Of a stretch of DNA of 64,000 nucleotides, positions 1-12,293 are shown one piece after another (position 1 is the stretch's first letter; each line of letters starts with the position of its first letter). Where the stretch lies: NCBI GenBank assembly GCA_002269645.1, contig NIVC01001350.1:62001-126000 (forward strand), in the 5' to 3' direction. Below the pieces are notes generated by a model. That model saw only the letters and a list, made by a program, of their open reading frames with translations. It was not told where the DNA came from and searched no databases. This DNA is from Macrostomum lignano (taxonomy: Eukaryota). The position numbers and the translations under genes are program-made.

Positions 1-361
1 ATCTGTTGCGCTTGAATCACGTCAGATCGCGCTTGAGTCACGTGCGATCGATGTTACCGAATCTACGAGTAAAAAAATCTATTAAAAAAATTATTGGCCT
101 TCGAACTTTGAACACAGCGTGAAGAAGTAGCTGGAGTTTTAACTTAAAATTAGTTTGTTTTCAACCGCATATATTTCAGCACAACTACTTTTTATGAGCC
201 AAAGGGTAAAAACAAGTTGTTAGCTACGCGCATAAATATTAAATAGCATAGTAATTTAACTGTTTGCATAGGTGCACTTGATAAATAGGTTTTTATGTGA
301 ACTTATTCCATCGCAAGTCCGACACAGTTCAAGTAACAATTCAAAGTAGATCAAATTTACG

Positions 362-3223
362 TCATGTGGTTAGCTGCTTGACCAGGAAGCAAAGTGTGGT
401 GAACAGTTTGTCGGGCTCTGTGTCGGTAAGATTCTCTCCCATTAGTGAGCACAGCTGATGGTACAGGCTGTAGGACAGCTGCTGTCGAGACACCAGAGCA
501 GGGATTTCCTTGGAGGCCTGCTCGAGACTGGAGGACAGACGCGCTGACGGTTCTTCGGTGTGCGCGCACTCCTCTTTCAGCTGAATCAGGCCCTTCTGCA
601 GCTGCTCAAGCTCCAGGCTAACTGACGGCAGCGAGACCTTCGGCACTTCATAGTCAAACTGTTGTCGAAGACGCGCCAGTTCCTCAGGCGTCAGTTTGCT
701 GCGTGCAGTTCTGCGAACGTAGTCCAGCACGGTCTCGCGGCCGGAACTGTCCGGAATGCGAGCGATGGTCTCGATAGAGGTCAGTCGGAAGCCCGGCGCA
801 TAGCGCTTCCTTCCGGAATTCATAAAGTTGCCCAGCACCAGAAAGTAGGTGAGCAGCTTCTGCAGGATAGGCCGGCACGTCAGGCTGCGGCTGCAGGCGC
901 GACTGAGGCACTCAATCTTCTGGTTACAATCGCTGCAGCGGTCGCGATACGAGTCCAAGAACGCTATGACCTGCAGCTTGGTAGGCACACGCTCGATGCA
1001 GGCAAGACGAACATAAAATTGGTCGGCCTCGCCAAGCTGATGCAACCGATTATAATTTTTGGCCACTAGTTTGATGTCGGAGCGAGATGCAGGTAGGAAC
1101 TTGTGGAGAATCTCAGCCATTTCGCCGCTGATCACATTGGTGTCGATTGCTTCGATTGCGCGACAAATCTCCGCATCCTCCACGCGGAAACGACGCTTCG
1201 TGATCACCAGATTCTGTGCCGTGCGTTCATCTAGAAGTACGGTCTTCTGGTCCTGGTCTTGCTTTTGCTGCGGAAGATGCGGTTGGTGCAGCTGACGGCC
1301 ACCCGCGAGTCCCTTAGGACCTGGCGCCGTTTCTTTTGACGCAGGTCCAGGCCTGTACAAACGCCCAGGAGTTGCCGGTGTCATGTGGCTGAACTTGCGT
1401 TGGAAGTCGCCTAAATCGAGGTCTTTCAGTAAGTTTTCCTGTTCTTGTTGAGCAGCCTCGAAGACAGTTCCTTTGACAGTGTACAACGGATCCCAGTGAC
1501 AGGCAGGCAGATGAGTCCGGCTATTGATCAGCCCTGAGTAGTCCTCTTTGAGTCTGTCGTAGACTGATTCGTAGTAGTCAATTTCCGGATTCTCGGGTGC
1601 GGGTCGCCCACCTCCGTCTACAGTTGACGGTGGTGGTGGCGGAGGAGGTGCTGGCGGTGGCGGCGGCGGAGGTGTCGGTAAAGGTGCTGGCACTTTCTGA
1701 TTCTGCGAGCTAGTGGTGGTGACCAGCCTGGATGCAGAAGCCACCGGAGGCTGCGCCGACTTCTTGGTTTTTAAGTCTTCGATTTCTTCCATAGCGTCAC
1801 TTAGCTTCTGACCACTTTGCGATAGTTGCTTCTCCAGGTGATTAATCTCATCTCGTAGAACTTCGTTGCGAGCCTCCGCTATGGAGGCTCGATCAGCAAT
1901 CAGTTGAACATCAATGTGCAACACCTTGATCTTTCCAATGAGTTCGTCCAGACTGTTTAAGGTGTATTTCTCCTCGAGGTCGGTGGTATCCTGCACACTC
2001 TCAAGGCACCTTTCGAAAGCATCAAAGTTGTAGCCATGAACCCGCAGATGCTCGATGATAAACACGCGCTGGTCCAGGGTGACACAGTTGGTCAGCAAGT
2101 TGTAGAAAGTTGAAACCACGGCAAGCTTCACGCGAAGCTCCTGCAGCTGAGGATCTATTGGACTGAACAGCAGGTACCAGACAATAAAGGGTACGAAACC
2201 GTCGTCAGAGCGCACCTTTGCTGCTGTAGACACCTGGTTAATTTTCTCTTTGTTAGCCGTGAAAAGGTAGTTCACCAGCTGGTTGGTCCCAATGCTGCAT
2301 GAAGCAATGAGAGAGAAGCAGTCAAACATGCACGGCTGAACTTCTATATCCGTTCGAGAGTTAAAAAGCTTAACCAGCTCGGCTGAAACTTCCAGTGTGA
2401 TTGCTTTGTTCCTGGTCTTCTCAGACCTGCACAGGGCATTCTTCAAACAAATCAGAGCGCAGATAACTGGCGTTGTACTGCACTTTGCCAGCGCTGCGAG
2501 ATTCTGCAACAATGTCTTCAACTGGACGAAGACCCCAGCTTTCTGCAGCTCATTAACATAGGATATATGGCCCTTGATCATATCAGACTTAAGATCGCTG
2601 CATACCTTGGTACACCTTGATTCCAACTTTCGCTGCGCTTCGTGCTGCTTCTTCTGGGGCTTCTTTGGAAAACTTTGGTTCAGCGAAGTCAGCGCTTTTA
2701 AGTGATGCTCCGGAGTCCGCTTGCACCGCTCCCGTTTCACCTGAAGCACCGCGTTCCAGCGCTCTTGTAGTGAGTCATTGTCTAGCTTTTTTTCGTCCGG
2801 GAACTCAAGCTCCCGTAGCATTAAGTACTTCTCCATGACCAGACGCTCCTCTGGAGGGCTACCACCCGACTCCCAGTTGGCCTTACGGTCGTTGTCGTTA
2901 AAGAGCGCCGGTACGCCGTAGTCAATGGGATCATCAGAGCCAGACGCGCCCGCTTGCACGCTGTCATAGACGTCATGCGCGTCAGATGAGCGTTTCAAGT
3001 CCTGCAGATCTCGTTTCAGCGACGTTGTTGATGAGTGCCGCTCTATGAGCCTCGGGGGCGCTTCGACTCCGCTGTCAGTGTCATTGTTGGCGGTGTCGGT
3101 GGTGTCAGATGAGTTCTCCGACGAGGTGCGGCTTCGATGCCGCCTGCGTTGCTGATCGTGCTGCTTCTGCTGCTGCCGCTGCCGCTTTGCCTTTGCTTCG
3201 GCTTTTGTTTTTGAATTGACCAT
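362..3223 (-). CDS. Formin (FMNL-like: GBD/FH3 - FH1 - FH2), single-exon ORF, 953 aa
   Basis: FH1 polyproline PTPPPPPPPAPPPPPPP. FH2 motifs: CHWDPL..VKGTVFE (lasso), LLDERTAQNLVIT, LVLGNFMNSGRKRYAPGFRLTSI, ETVLDYV, PDKLFTTL. N-terminal GBD-like segment LEFPDEKKLDNDSLQERWNAV. No DAD seen after FH2. Confidence 0.9.
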   Translation of the reverse strand: MVNSKTKAEAKAKRQRQQQKQHDQQRRRHRSRTSSENSSDTTDTANNDTDSGVEAPPRLIERHSSTTSLKRDLQDLKRSSDAHDVYDSVQAGASGSDDPIDYGVPALFNDNDRKANWESGGSPPEERLVMEKYLMLRELEFPDEKKLDNDSLQERWNAVLQVKRERCKRTPEHHLKALTSLNQSFPKKPQKKQHEAQRKLESRCTKVCSDLKSDMIKGHISYVNELQKAGVFVQLKTLLQNLAALAKCSTTPVICALICLKNALCRSEKTRNKAITLEVSAELVKLFNSRTDIEVQPCMFDCFSLIASCSIGTNQLVNYLFTANKEKINQVSTAAKVRSDDGFVPFIVWYLLFSPIDPQLQELRVKLAVVSTFYNLLTNCVTLDQRVFIIEHLRVHGYNFDAFERCLESVQDTTDLEEKYTLNSLDELIGKIKVLHIDVQLIADRASIAEARNEVLRDEINHLEKQLSQSGQKLSDAMEEIEDLKTKKSAQPPVASASRLVTTTSSQNQKVPAPLPTPPPPPPPAPPPPPPPSTVDGGGRPAPENPEIDYYESVYDRLKEDYSGLINSRTHLPACHWDPLYTVKGTVFEAAQQEQENLLKDLDLGDFQRKFSHMTPATPGRLYRPGPASKETAPGPKGLAGGRQLHQPHLPQQKQDQDQKTVLLDERTAQNLVITKRRFRVEDAEICRAIEAIDTNVISGEMAEILHKFLPASRSDIKLVAKNYNRLHQLGEADQFYVRLACIERVPTKLQVIAFLDSYRDRCSDCNQKIECLSRACSRSLTCRPILQKLLTYFLVLGNFMNSGRKRYAPGFRLTSIETIARIPDSSGRETVLDYVRRTARSKLTPEELARLRQQFDYEVPKVSLPSVSLELEQLQKGLIQLKEECAHTEEPSARLSSSLEQASKEIPALVSRQQLSYSLYHQLCSLMGENLTDTEPDKLFTTLCFLVKQLTT

Positions 3224-4255
3224 CGCGCATTGCTTTTAGTTTGCTGGAGTTCTGTTGACTTCTTTTCTTTTCTAAGGCTATCGCTTCTTGAATTTTCTCT
3301 GCTTAAATTTGCTTTTTCAACAAGTTTTTTTATGAAAGCGTGTGAAAAAGCTTGCATGCATGCCTCAGAGCAGATTAATAGCACAGCTTACTCCCTCGTA
3401 TTTTATGTGGCTGCTTTCTTGGGCGTTGCTGTAATAACACAGCTAACAATGCCCGTGAAGCTTGCTGTGGAAAAATGAAGGCAGAAATTTTCTATTCAAT
3501 ACTGTGGGAAACGCATCAGCATTAAGCTCGAGACTTCAGCGGCAACGCCTTAGTTTCCAAAAAAGTAATGCAAAAATGCAATAAATTATTATGTACATGT
3601 GAGGATGCAACACGTAATAACAGCTAATATTGATCTTTTTCATCCTTATTAAGCTTCTGCTCAATTATTATTTTTCGACATGCAGCCCCTTAAAGAGTGC
3701 AATCGCACAGGAAAGGGACTTCTAGAAAATGTATTGCTGCTGCATCAGAGGACATCACCGAGCTGTCGGACGGGCAGCTGTCGACTGGAACAGCCAGAAT
3801 CTTATGCTTGAATATTGCTCACATTTCTTGTGAAAATTGAACTCACAACGATCTAACTAGCCCTCTAACTAACTAAGCCCTAGTGACTCGGGAGCACTCG
3901 AACTTGCTGCCAGACGCTAGAAGACCTGGAGTGCCTCCAACGCACAGAGAAGTCACTCGCTTCTCGTCCGACCCGTTCCGACCTAGTGATAATTTTCATA
4001 CGTATCAGTGCTCACATCGCCGGTCCTGATTGGATTTGAAAGACTCATCTATGCTCGTCTGATCCTACCGGCCCAACATGTCCAAACATATCGACATAAA
4101 GGACGTATGTGTAACATTTAACTGAGCTGTGCAGCTTTGGCAGCCGAAATCGAACCACATGATAAATGTCTATAGGTTCTACTAGTGACTTCAGTGGCTA
4201 CTTTTGAAACTTTCTGGTACTCAAAAAACCTACTCGGCCAGGATACCCCAGCAGC

Positions 4256-4560
4256 TCTCTCTCCTCTCTCCCTTCTCTCTCCCTCCTTTCTTTACCCTCT
4301 CGCACCCCTCTCTCCCCGTCCCTTTCCCGTTCTCTCTATCCCCTCTTTATCTCTCTGTCGCCCTCTCTCTTTCTCCCCCCTCTTTATCTCCCCTCTCTAT
4401 CTTGCACCTCTTTATCTATCTATTCTCCCTCTCTCTTATCTCTCTCCCCTTCTCTCCCCTGTCTGCATCTCCTCTCTCTCTCACCCCAATGTCTCTCTAC
4501 CTCTCCCCCTCCCTCCCTCTCTATCTAAGCAGATTTTTCCAATAAAATGTCACACTCTCT
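4256..4560. repeat. CT-rich low-complexity tract
   Basis: Degenerate (CT)n/(CTCTCC)n; the overlapping L/S/P-rich ORFs are artefacts of it. Confidence 0.85.
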
Positions 4561-6000
4561 CTCTTCTTGTCACATTTTGTATAATTCAGTCGTTATCAAA
4601 TGCAGTTTGTAGCCTGTTTCAGCTTGGATCGTAGATTATAGCAAAACGCGAGTTTATTTTAGGCAACTACGAAATAAAAATTTTACATCATATAGCAGCA
4701 ACAATAGAAGCGTTTTTATGGATTTTATTTTTATAATTTTCGATTCTCAATGAAGCTGGTCAATTAAATCGATGAAGTGCTCATGTCTACGTGCTTGACT
4801 TTAGTGCTCTTGATAAGCAGCGACTAAAAGAGAAAGAAGGGAACAAGTCGCGGCCGCAGGATAAAGTATAAAGTACGCTGGTAACTCGCTTCAATGAAAC
4901 ATAACGGACTTCGACTTTGATGTCGTCGATCTAGAAGAGTCTATCGAGACTGGAATTACCCATAGTCATAAAAGAAGCAGAAGACATAACAAAGATGCAG
5001 TTGGTAAAGTGGCAGTCTGCGAAGAAAATCAACCTGTTTTGTTTACTAACCGTAATGTTTAGGCTACCCACATCCATCGTCTTTGAAAGAGTTGATATTT
5101 CCACTTCAGATGGCTGACCCTTCCCAGCCATTGTCGCATCCATAGGAGATCCATTTGGTTGTAAGGCTTCTCCCTCAACCGTAGCCATTTCTCGCGATTT
5201 GTGATCACGCTTTTACCGATAGGTAGAGCATAACGGTCGACTCATTTTGTTGTCCAGTGATACTCATAATTTCGGACAACGTATAGGCGGCTTCGTGTAG
5301 GTCAGCAGCCCTAGTTACTCGAATGCAGTGGTTCGTATACGTTTAGGTGAGCTTACACAGGGTGCTTAGTCGAGTCACGAATGATCCTAGCCAATTGATT
5401 CCGCGGACCTTATTCGAAAACTGCAGCCGTCCTTTATGGTTAGCCAATGGTCTCGGAAAGAGCGAACTGTCCTTGGTTTCAATAGGCAGAGCTTCAAAGT
5501 AGCCATAGTGAAAAATTTGTTCTTTGGTCGTGCTTGGTAGTGAGTCCACCTCGACCTAGCCTTGGTAGTGTGTCAGTAGCAACTGAAGCTTGCTCCTCAG
5601 TACGGGGTATCATGTAGAACGTCGCCAAGAGGGTCCTCCTCAGATCTTGAAGTTAATGAAATCCTCCAACTGACCATCATCTCGGTGATTGTCTTGACGG
5701 TATGCTGGACGTCCATGTTGTCGAGACGCATAACCGGCAAAAGCGGCCAGTTGATAGGATAACTAACAGACATTTCCAGCACTGAACACTTTAAGTGTCA
5801 TGTAAGACATTCTATTCTGTGACATCTGCGACTCGATTCTATGTCTATGGTCATTTACTGCGTCTAAATTTAGACATGCATTATTAAACAGTTGATAATG
5901 ATTGCTTATCATAGGCTTGTTTTTATTGGGAAGTCTTGTGTCTATATGGTTTCAATTATTTCTTAGAATAAAAATATCTACATAGATCTCAACAGAAAGC

Positions 6001-6502
6001 ATGGAGAAAATTCTAGTTTGTCTAGCAGTCGTGTTTTGTATTCTTCGCTTTACCGAAGCCTGCCCAAAGACTATCAGTAAGTTTGATGATGTCTCAATAA
6101 CATTCCAATACTGGTGACCGCGGTGGGGTGAATAGCTATACTTGAGGTCGTATAAACCTGCCTCTAAACGTTGTAGAGAATTCCTTGTCTTCTGACGACA
6201 CCACGGAGGAGTCTGGATGCTACTACGCCTCGGGGATGTTCATCAATGCCGAATCGGCCACCTCGGTTGATATTTTGAACGCTGATCCGGTAAAGTGTCG
6301 CCAATACTGCATAGACAATGGTTTTTATCATACTAAGTTTGTGATACTTCAACAGGACACCTGCCATTGCAACAAAGCTTTTCGGCTACGTTCCAAGCGC
6401 GACGATTCCTTTTGCGACATAAGGTGTCTCGGTGACAGTAGGCATAAGTGCGGCGGTAAAAACCACGCATCGGCGTACATAGTCCCAAGCCCTAGCGCTT
6501 AA
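6001..6502 (+). CDS. Small secreted WSC-domain protein, copy 1 (133 aa)
   Basis: Exon 1 is 6001-6076 (signal peptide MEKILVCLAVVFCILRFTEA), followed by a GTAAGT...TTGTAG intron; exon 2, 6177-6502, is in frame. WSC pattern: GCY...CRQYC...G...CHC...CDIRCLGDSRHKCGGKNHASAY. Confidence 0.85.
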
Positions 6503-6560
6503 GACTCAATGAGAAATGGGGCCTTACTTGGAGAGGAGGTCAGATACCCAGCCTGATTTA

Positions 6561-8180
6561 CCGTGGCGCACAATGATTTAAGACCACTAAGTAAAATTAT
6601 TTTATTTCTGGCATACTAATCTTTAAGCTAATTTCAAGTACTAAAGTAGAAATAAAAGTTGTAGGAATATTACTTTATGTTATTTGTATGGTGTTTTGGT
6701 TCACTTTTCAGCCGTTTTTTAGTTCAAAAAGCTGATATTTGAATGGGAAGTACAGTTTTAGATTTAACATTGAAAAAGACCATATATAAATACTAGGGAA
6801 ATAAGCAAAGAAAATGCCACTGTTATCCAACTAACTACTCTAATACTTTGTAGCATGTCCTTTAGACTTAATCACAGCATCGCACCCCCAGGCATGCTGT
6901 CCACCAGCTTTTGGCACACATCTGCCGCGATGGCAGCCCACGAGTCCTCAATGATACGGTACAGCTGATCAAGGGAAGCTGGCTGCTGCTTCTGGATGTC
7001 CTGCTCGACCCATTCCACAGATTATCAATCGGATTGAGGTCTGGTGACTGCGCTGGCCAGTCCACGGTGCAGATGTTGTTCTCAGCAAGCCATGCCTTCA
7101 CAACCTTGGAGGTGTGCTTTGGATCGCTGTCCTGCTGAAACTGGCAGCTGTTCCCTGCACCCAGTGGCTGCTGAGGATGTCACGGTACTTCGGACTGTTC
7201 ATGATTCCCTCAATGCGAGTTATTGGTCCAGGTCCAGCTCTGGAGAATGCAGCCCACACCATGACATTGCCACCTCCATGCTTCATGGTACCAACGGTGC
7301 ACCTGGAATCAAATCCCTCACCAGCTCTGTGGCACACATACCGGCGGCCATCAGAACCAGTGCGGGAAAATTTGCTCGTCACTCCAGTTGGTCTTGGTCC
7401 AGTCCTGGGGTGTCCAGCTTGCATGCTGCTTCGCCCAGTTCAAGCGCCCCTTTCGGTTTTTGTCGGAAATAAATGGCTTCTTCCTAGCCATGCGGGCCAT
7501 GCAGTCCGGCAGTTACCAAACAGTGGCGGACAGTCATGGGGTGCAGCTGGACACCTGAAGTTTACGGCTGATGTCCACATGGACTCATGGACTCATGGAC
7601 ACATGGACTCGGACATTCGCACAATGCAGCGATCTAGTCGGTGAAGTCGGTGGTCAGTTTTCGGTGCCCTGCCAAGTCTTGGGGCACAGCCTGTGCTGCC
7701 AGTGCTGCTGAGGCGCCTGAGTGCTTGCTGGACGCACATTTTCCACTTTCCCAGCTGCGTGGCTGTGGCACGCTGGGAAACTCCTTGGTCGAACAGGGCC
7801 TTGATTTTCCTACACGACTCAGGCGATAGAGCTCTGCCTTTCCCCATTCTAGGAGAGTTCGGGATCATTTTGGCTTGGGGTAGTATCGAATTAGATGTTT
7901 TGGCCTTGCAGAAAGAGCAGGGCCCCTTTTAAGGCACCTTTTAGCCCAATTAATTAATTGGTCTTATTACTGTGTGACTTATCAAATTCGAAAGTGACAT
8001 ATGGGACTCCAATCAAACACACTCAATTGCAAATAATCACTTAACGCATAATTTTTTTAACTTATTGATACCATAGCTATCTATAACTGATTAGATTAAA
8101 AGACTCCCGCAAGCTGTGTAGGTTATGTAATTAAAAGTTCAAATTTGTGTCAGATGGTCTTAATTCATTGTGCGCCACTG
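6561..8180 (-). mobile_element. Tc1-family DNA transposon, full length (1620 bp), transposase frameshifted
   Basis: 26-bp TIRs CCGTGGCGCACAATGATTTAAGACCA (6561-6586) and its inverse at 8155-8180 (2 mismatches), with TA on both sides. Minus-strand fragments: MGKGRALS..HTH (7593-7868), KHGGGNVMVWAAFS (7098-7424), FQQDSDPKHTSKVVKAWL and WPAQSPDLNPIDNLW (catalytic E replaced by D). Confidence 0.93.
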
Positions 8181-9070
8181 TAGATACCTTTTATGTTAAC
8201 ATTTGTTAAAAGCTTGTACAGACTTACAGTACAGTTTTACAATATATACCCGAACGTTTTGTTTTCCTATGTGCTACATTCTAGGCAAATGTGCCTAAAA
8301 GCATTCAGCATTGACTCACTCTTGCTAAAATTTACTGAAAATGAGACTGAATTTAATTTACTTTTTGAGGATTTCGGCGGCACTAAAACTTCTGTGAAAA
8401 TGAAGGGACCACTTAAAAACACCGGTATGGAATGCTACTAAGCAAATTATGTTAGTTATTCTAGAGGCTGGCTAATTCTATGGCTAAGCTTATAACTAAT
8501 AACTCGTACAGCAATCCGACGCCAGCGACGTATGTACAAGCCCATATTTGCAATCGACGTTGATAGACATCGGATTGCTGTACGGCTAATGCAATCTTAT
8601 CAGCCAATTATTACATGTGTCGAATGAAATTCTTTAAATGAAACGAAAACGTGTAAAATGGAATCTGAACCGGGATTAGCATAATAAGTGAAGGTAACAT
8701 GTACAGAGATGGAACTATGTATTCCTTGTCGCGACTTTCCTAGTCATTTCTTTAGTTCACCTTCACTTGTCTCTGTTTACTCTGTTTTCTCTCTCTGTCT
8801 AGCTCAATCTTGTTATTCTTATCTCTCTCTCCCTTGCTGCCTTCTGATTGGCTCTCCATTCTCGCCTCTCTCTTCAGTCGCGCACTCCACCCCCTCTCTT
8901 TATTATTCTAGGCTCAACCCCCCAAAGTTAAATGTTCTATAAATATATCGGTTTGGGCCCTGCGCCCACTTACTGCTCCTTCAATTTAACTCCAATTAAA
9001 TAGTTTTTAGTTTAGTTAGTATTTTTTCTACATTCCTAGTGAGAAAGGTGTGCCCTGCAGCAAGGGACTC

Positions 9071-9480
9071 TCACTTGTGGTTATACAACTGAAGCCGCAC
9101 AGCTGAATGCTGGATGGATAGCAAGCTTCGAATGTCTGGCAAATGGTTGACAAATATGGCTTTCCACCAAAAAGGAGCTCTGCCATATAATGGCCAGTAT
9201 TGTTCGCGCGCCGTCCTGGCTGACATCATCAACTGTACGGCCCAATCAGATGTTTGCATCTGCATCGGATCGAAGGCTGCACATATATCTCATCAAGCAT
9301 TAGTATGAAATTTCCGCTGAAGTGCAGACAGCTTCGAAAAAATACAGAATGAGTGACCTCCTGGGCGTCGGGCTCCGTGTCAACATCCACTGTTGCAGCG
9401 ACTTGGAGTGCGCCGGTGAGGCGATGGAAGGAGTGATTTGATGCATGAATAGCGAATGAGCTGAGGTAGATACAAGTCAA
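9071..9480 (-). pseudogene. Degenerate P-element/THAP9-like transposase fragment, copy 1
   Basis: Across frameshifts it reads ILMLDEIYVQPSI ... ARTILAII ... LFGGKPYL, resembling the P-transposase segment LLIDEIYVK...A.T.LAIM...LFGGP.F. Confidence 0.5.
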
Positions 9481-10850
9481 CGCTGATCTGCGAGTTGTAG
9501 AAATATACTATATCTACGGGCTGTCGGCCAATCCAAAGCTATAAGTTTCAACTCGTCGATTAAAAATTTTAATTTTGGGATCGGAAATCACAAGACCTGC
9601 ATTGTCAATTGCCCCTGCAATGCTCCTCACAAAAGAGAAACTTCGATTTCAAATGATACTGAGTTCAAGTCGGTCCAAAATAACTATAACAGCTACCAGA
9701 ATACAAGCGTCGCATAAACTACTTCTGTTTTAGTGGTATACAAGTTTTTACCTTGATTTTGCATGCACTAAACAAAGATGGTCAAAACCTGACAAAAAAT
9801 TCAAGTTGGGGTCTTTTGGTACAAAGAAGTGGCGTCTTTTCTTATAAATTAGATTAGAGTATCTGGTGGCCAGTCCTTGGTGCAGACTCCCATGGGATCC
9901 GTCACGGAGTGAAGTACATTAATAAGCGATGCATGTCATGGTAAAGCTAGAAAAAAACACAAAGTCGTCTTTATCTCTAACTTTCTTAGCGACAACTAGC
10001 CATCCGGTAGCTACCATTTACTTATGTTGCTTGTTATGCCATTTTAAAGGCGGCTTTGTCATTAATCTTTCGTTCCGAGAGACAACCTCTTTTTCTTTAC
10101 GACAGGTCGGACAGGAGCATCAAACAGGTCGTCAGTTGGCTATCCGCTGCTCAATATATCCATGGCCTCATACTGTCCATTGGAGATGATGGCTTATAGT
10201 ATAAAGAAAATAAGAGATACATGTAGGACGTTTATCATAGGCAAAATATTGAGCAGGTGAAACATTCGATAAACTTTAGATTAGCTAGATTCTAGTTGCG
10301 GTACGCACTACTTTCTGTGAGTAGAGACTTTATAGTCACATATCGGTTGTGTTTTTACTTCTTGCTTGCTTATTATTTTTACGAGTAACATGTTATACTT
10401 GCATGTGCGGTACTATTGCTAAAATAATGCTTAAATACTGAAAAATAATAATGGGCAACGAATATGCCGCGGTCCATCTTAAAGAAGTATAAGCGACTTC
10501 AAGTACTCGGAAATTGACTATTGAGGATCTAAACTACACGTACATATCAACGAGTATTTACACAGGTACCGGGCGGGAGAACTTAGAGGCCGGGGTCGGT
10601 AATAGAGGTAGAAACGCCTTTAAGATGCGCAAGTTACTGGGAAGTGCTCTAGCTAAAAGGAGATTACAAAAAAGTTAATTATCTAGATATGTTGTACCCT
10701 AGACTAAAGACCTGTATGCCGTGACAGAATTTTGTAAATCGATAGCTAAATTGAAGCAACTACGTGCATACGCCGGTTAATGCTTTTATTCTAAAGCAAT
10801 TCAATTATTTTTCAGCATAAAGCATCTCTGCATAAATCTAGAAAACAAGC

Positions 10851-11326
10851 ATGGAGAAGTTTCTAGTTTTTCTGACTGTCGTGTTTTGCATTCTTCGCTT
10901 TACCGAAGCCTGCCCGAGGAGTCTTAGTAAGTTTGATGAATGTCTCAGTAATGTTCCAATAGTGTTGGCAGCGGTGTGGTGAATTGCTTTGGTATAAACC
11001 TGCCTCGAAACGTTTTAGAGAATGTATTCTCTCCTGACGCCACCGTGGAAGAGCCTGGATGCTACTATGCCGAGGGGATGTTCATCAACGCCGATTCGGG
11101 CACATCGGTTGATATTTTGAACGGCGACCCGTTAAAGTGTCGCCAGTTCTGCAAGGACAATGGCTATGAAAGTAACTTTGTGATAATGCAACAGGACACC
11201 TGCCATTGCAACAAAGCTTTTCGGCATCATGCCAAGCGCGACAAATCCAATTGCGACATAAGCTGTCTCGGTGACAGTACTTATAAGTGCGGCGGTAAAA
11301 ACCACGCATCGGGGTACATAGTCTGA
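10851..11326 (+). CDS. Small secreted WSC-domain protein, copy 2 (127 aa)
   Basis: Exon 1 is 10851-10926 (MEKFLVFLTVVFCILRFTEA), followed by a GTAAGT...TTTTAG intron; exon 2 is 11019-11326. Same intron position and phase and the same WSC cysteines as copy 1. Confidence 0.85.
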
Positions 11327-12293
11327 CGCTTTCTGGGTCTGAACGAGAAATGGGATCTTGTACTTTAAGAGTAGTTCTGATACACAGGCTCAATTAGTTA
11401 CCTTGTATTTTGACATTATACTTCTGTAGATGTTAGAACTTCATGCATGTAAGGAAAATATTTGCCAACTCTTTTCAAAATCTAGTTTTTTGAGTGAGTG
11501 TACTTTATTTAGTAATATACAGGTGGCTTGTACAGACTGAAATTAATTTACTAATACTTGAACGTTTTGTTTTCCTATGTGCTGCATTCTTGGCAAATAT
11601 AAAGCAAATCTGCTTTCAACAGATACATATTGTTAAGAGTTTTCTTTTGTGTACCTGTAATTTAATATAGAATACGTACGGTCGTATATTAAGGAACGCG
11701 TAGAACGCTTTATAAATTCGTTACACAATCGTATAAGAAGATGGTTGAATGAAAAGAATGAAACGTGCAGAATGAAACGTGTAGATTTATGTAGAATGAA
11801 ACGGAAACGTCGTGTAAAATAGAATCCGAAAGGACACGAACATAATAAATGAAGGGATTATGTACAGAGCTGGAACTGTGTATCTACAGCAAAGTGGAGC
11901 TCTGTAGCAAGGGACTCTCACTTGTAGTTATAGCTGCATAGCTGCTGAATATGCTAGATACATGTTAACAAGCTTCCAGTGTCAAACCAATTGTCGTTTT
12001 ACTAATGTGATAATGTTCGTGTCCACTTTGCCGTTTCACAAAACTCAGTAGTCACTGCCCGGTAGACTTAGTGCCAGAACCCCGTTCTTTAATTCAGTCA
12101 GACAATTCAACAAATGTACCGAATCTTTAATCAAGTGAAGTCTTAAATCCGGCGAGGGAGCTTTGCCACTCAAAAGCTTGTGGTACTTGATTGTCAAGAA
12201 AAGATAAAAGGATGGTTGGATGGTTGGTTAATTGTCATTTATCAACCAAATTGCCATGATTGGTTGGTTGTTAAGATGTACTGGATATGGTTG

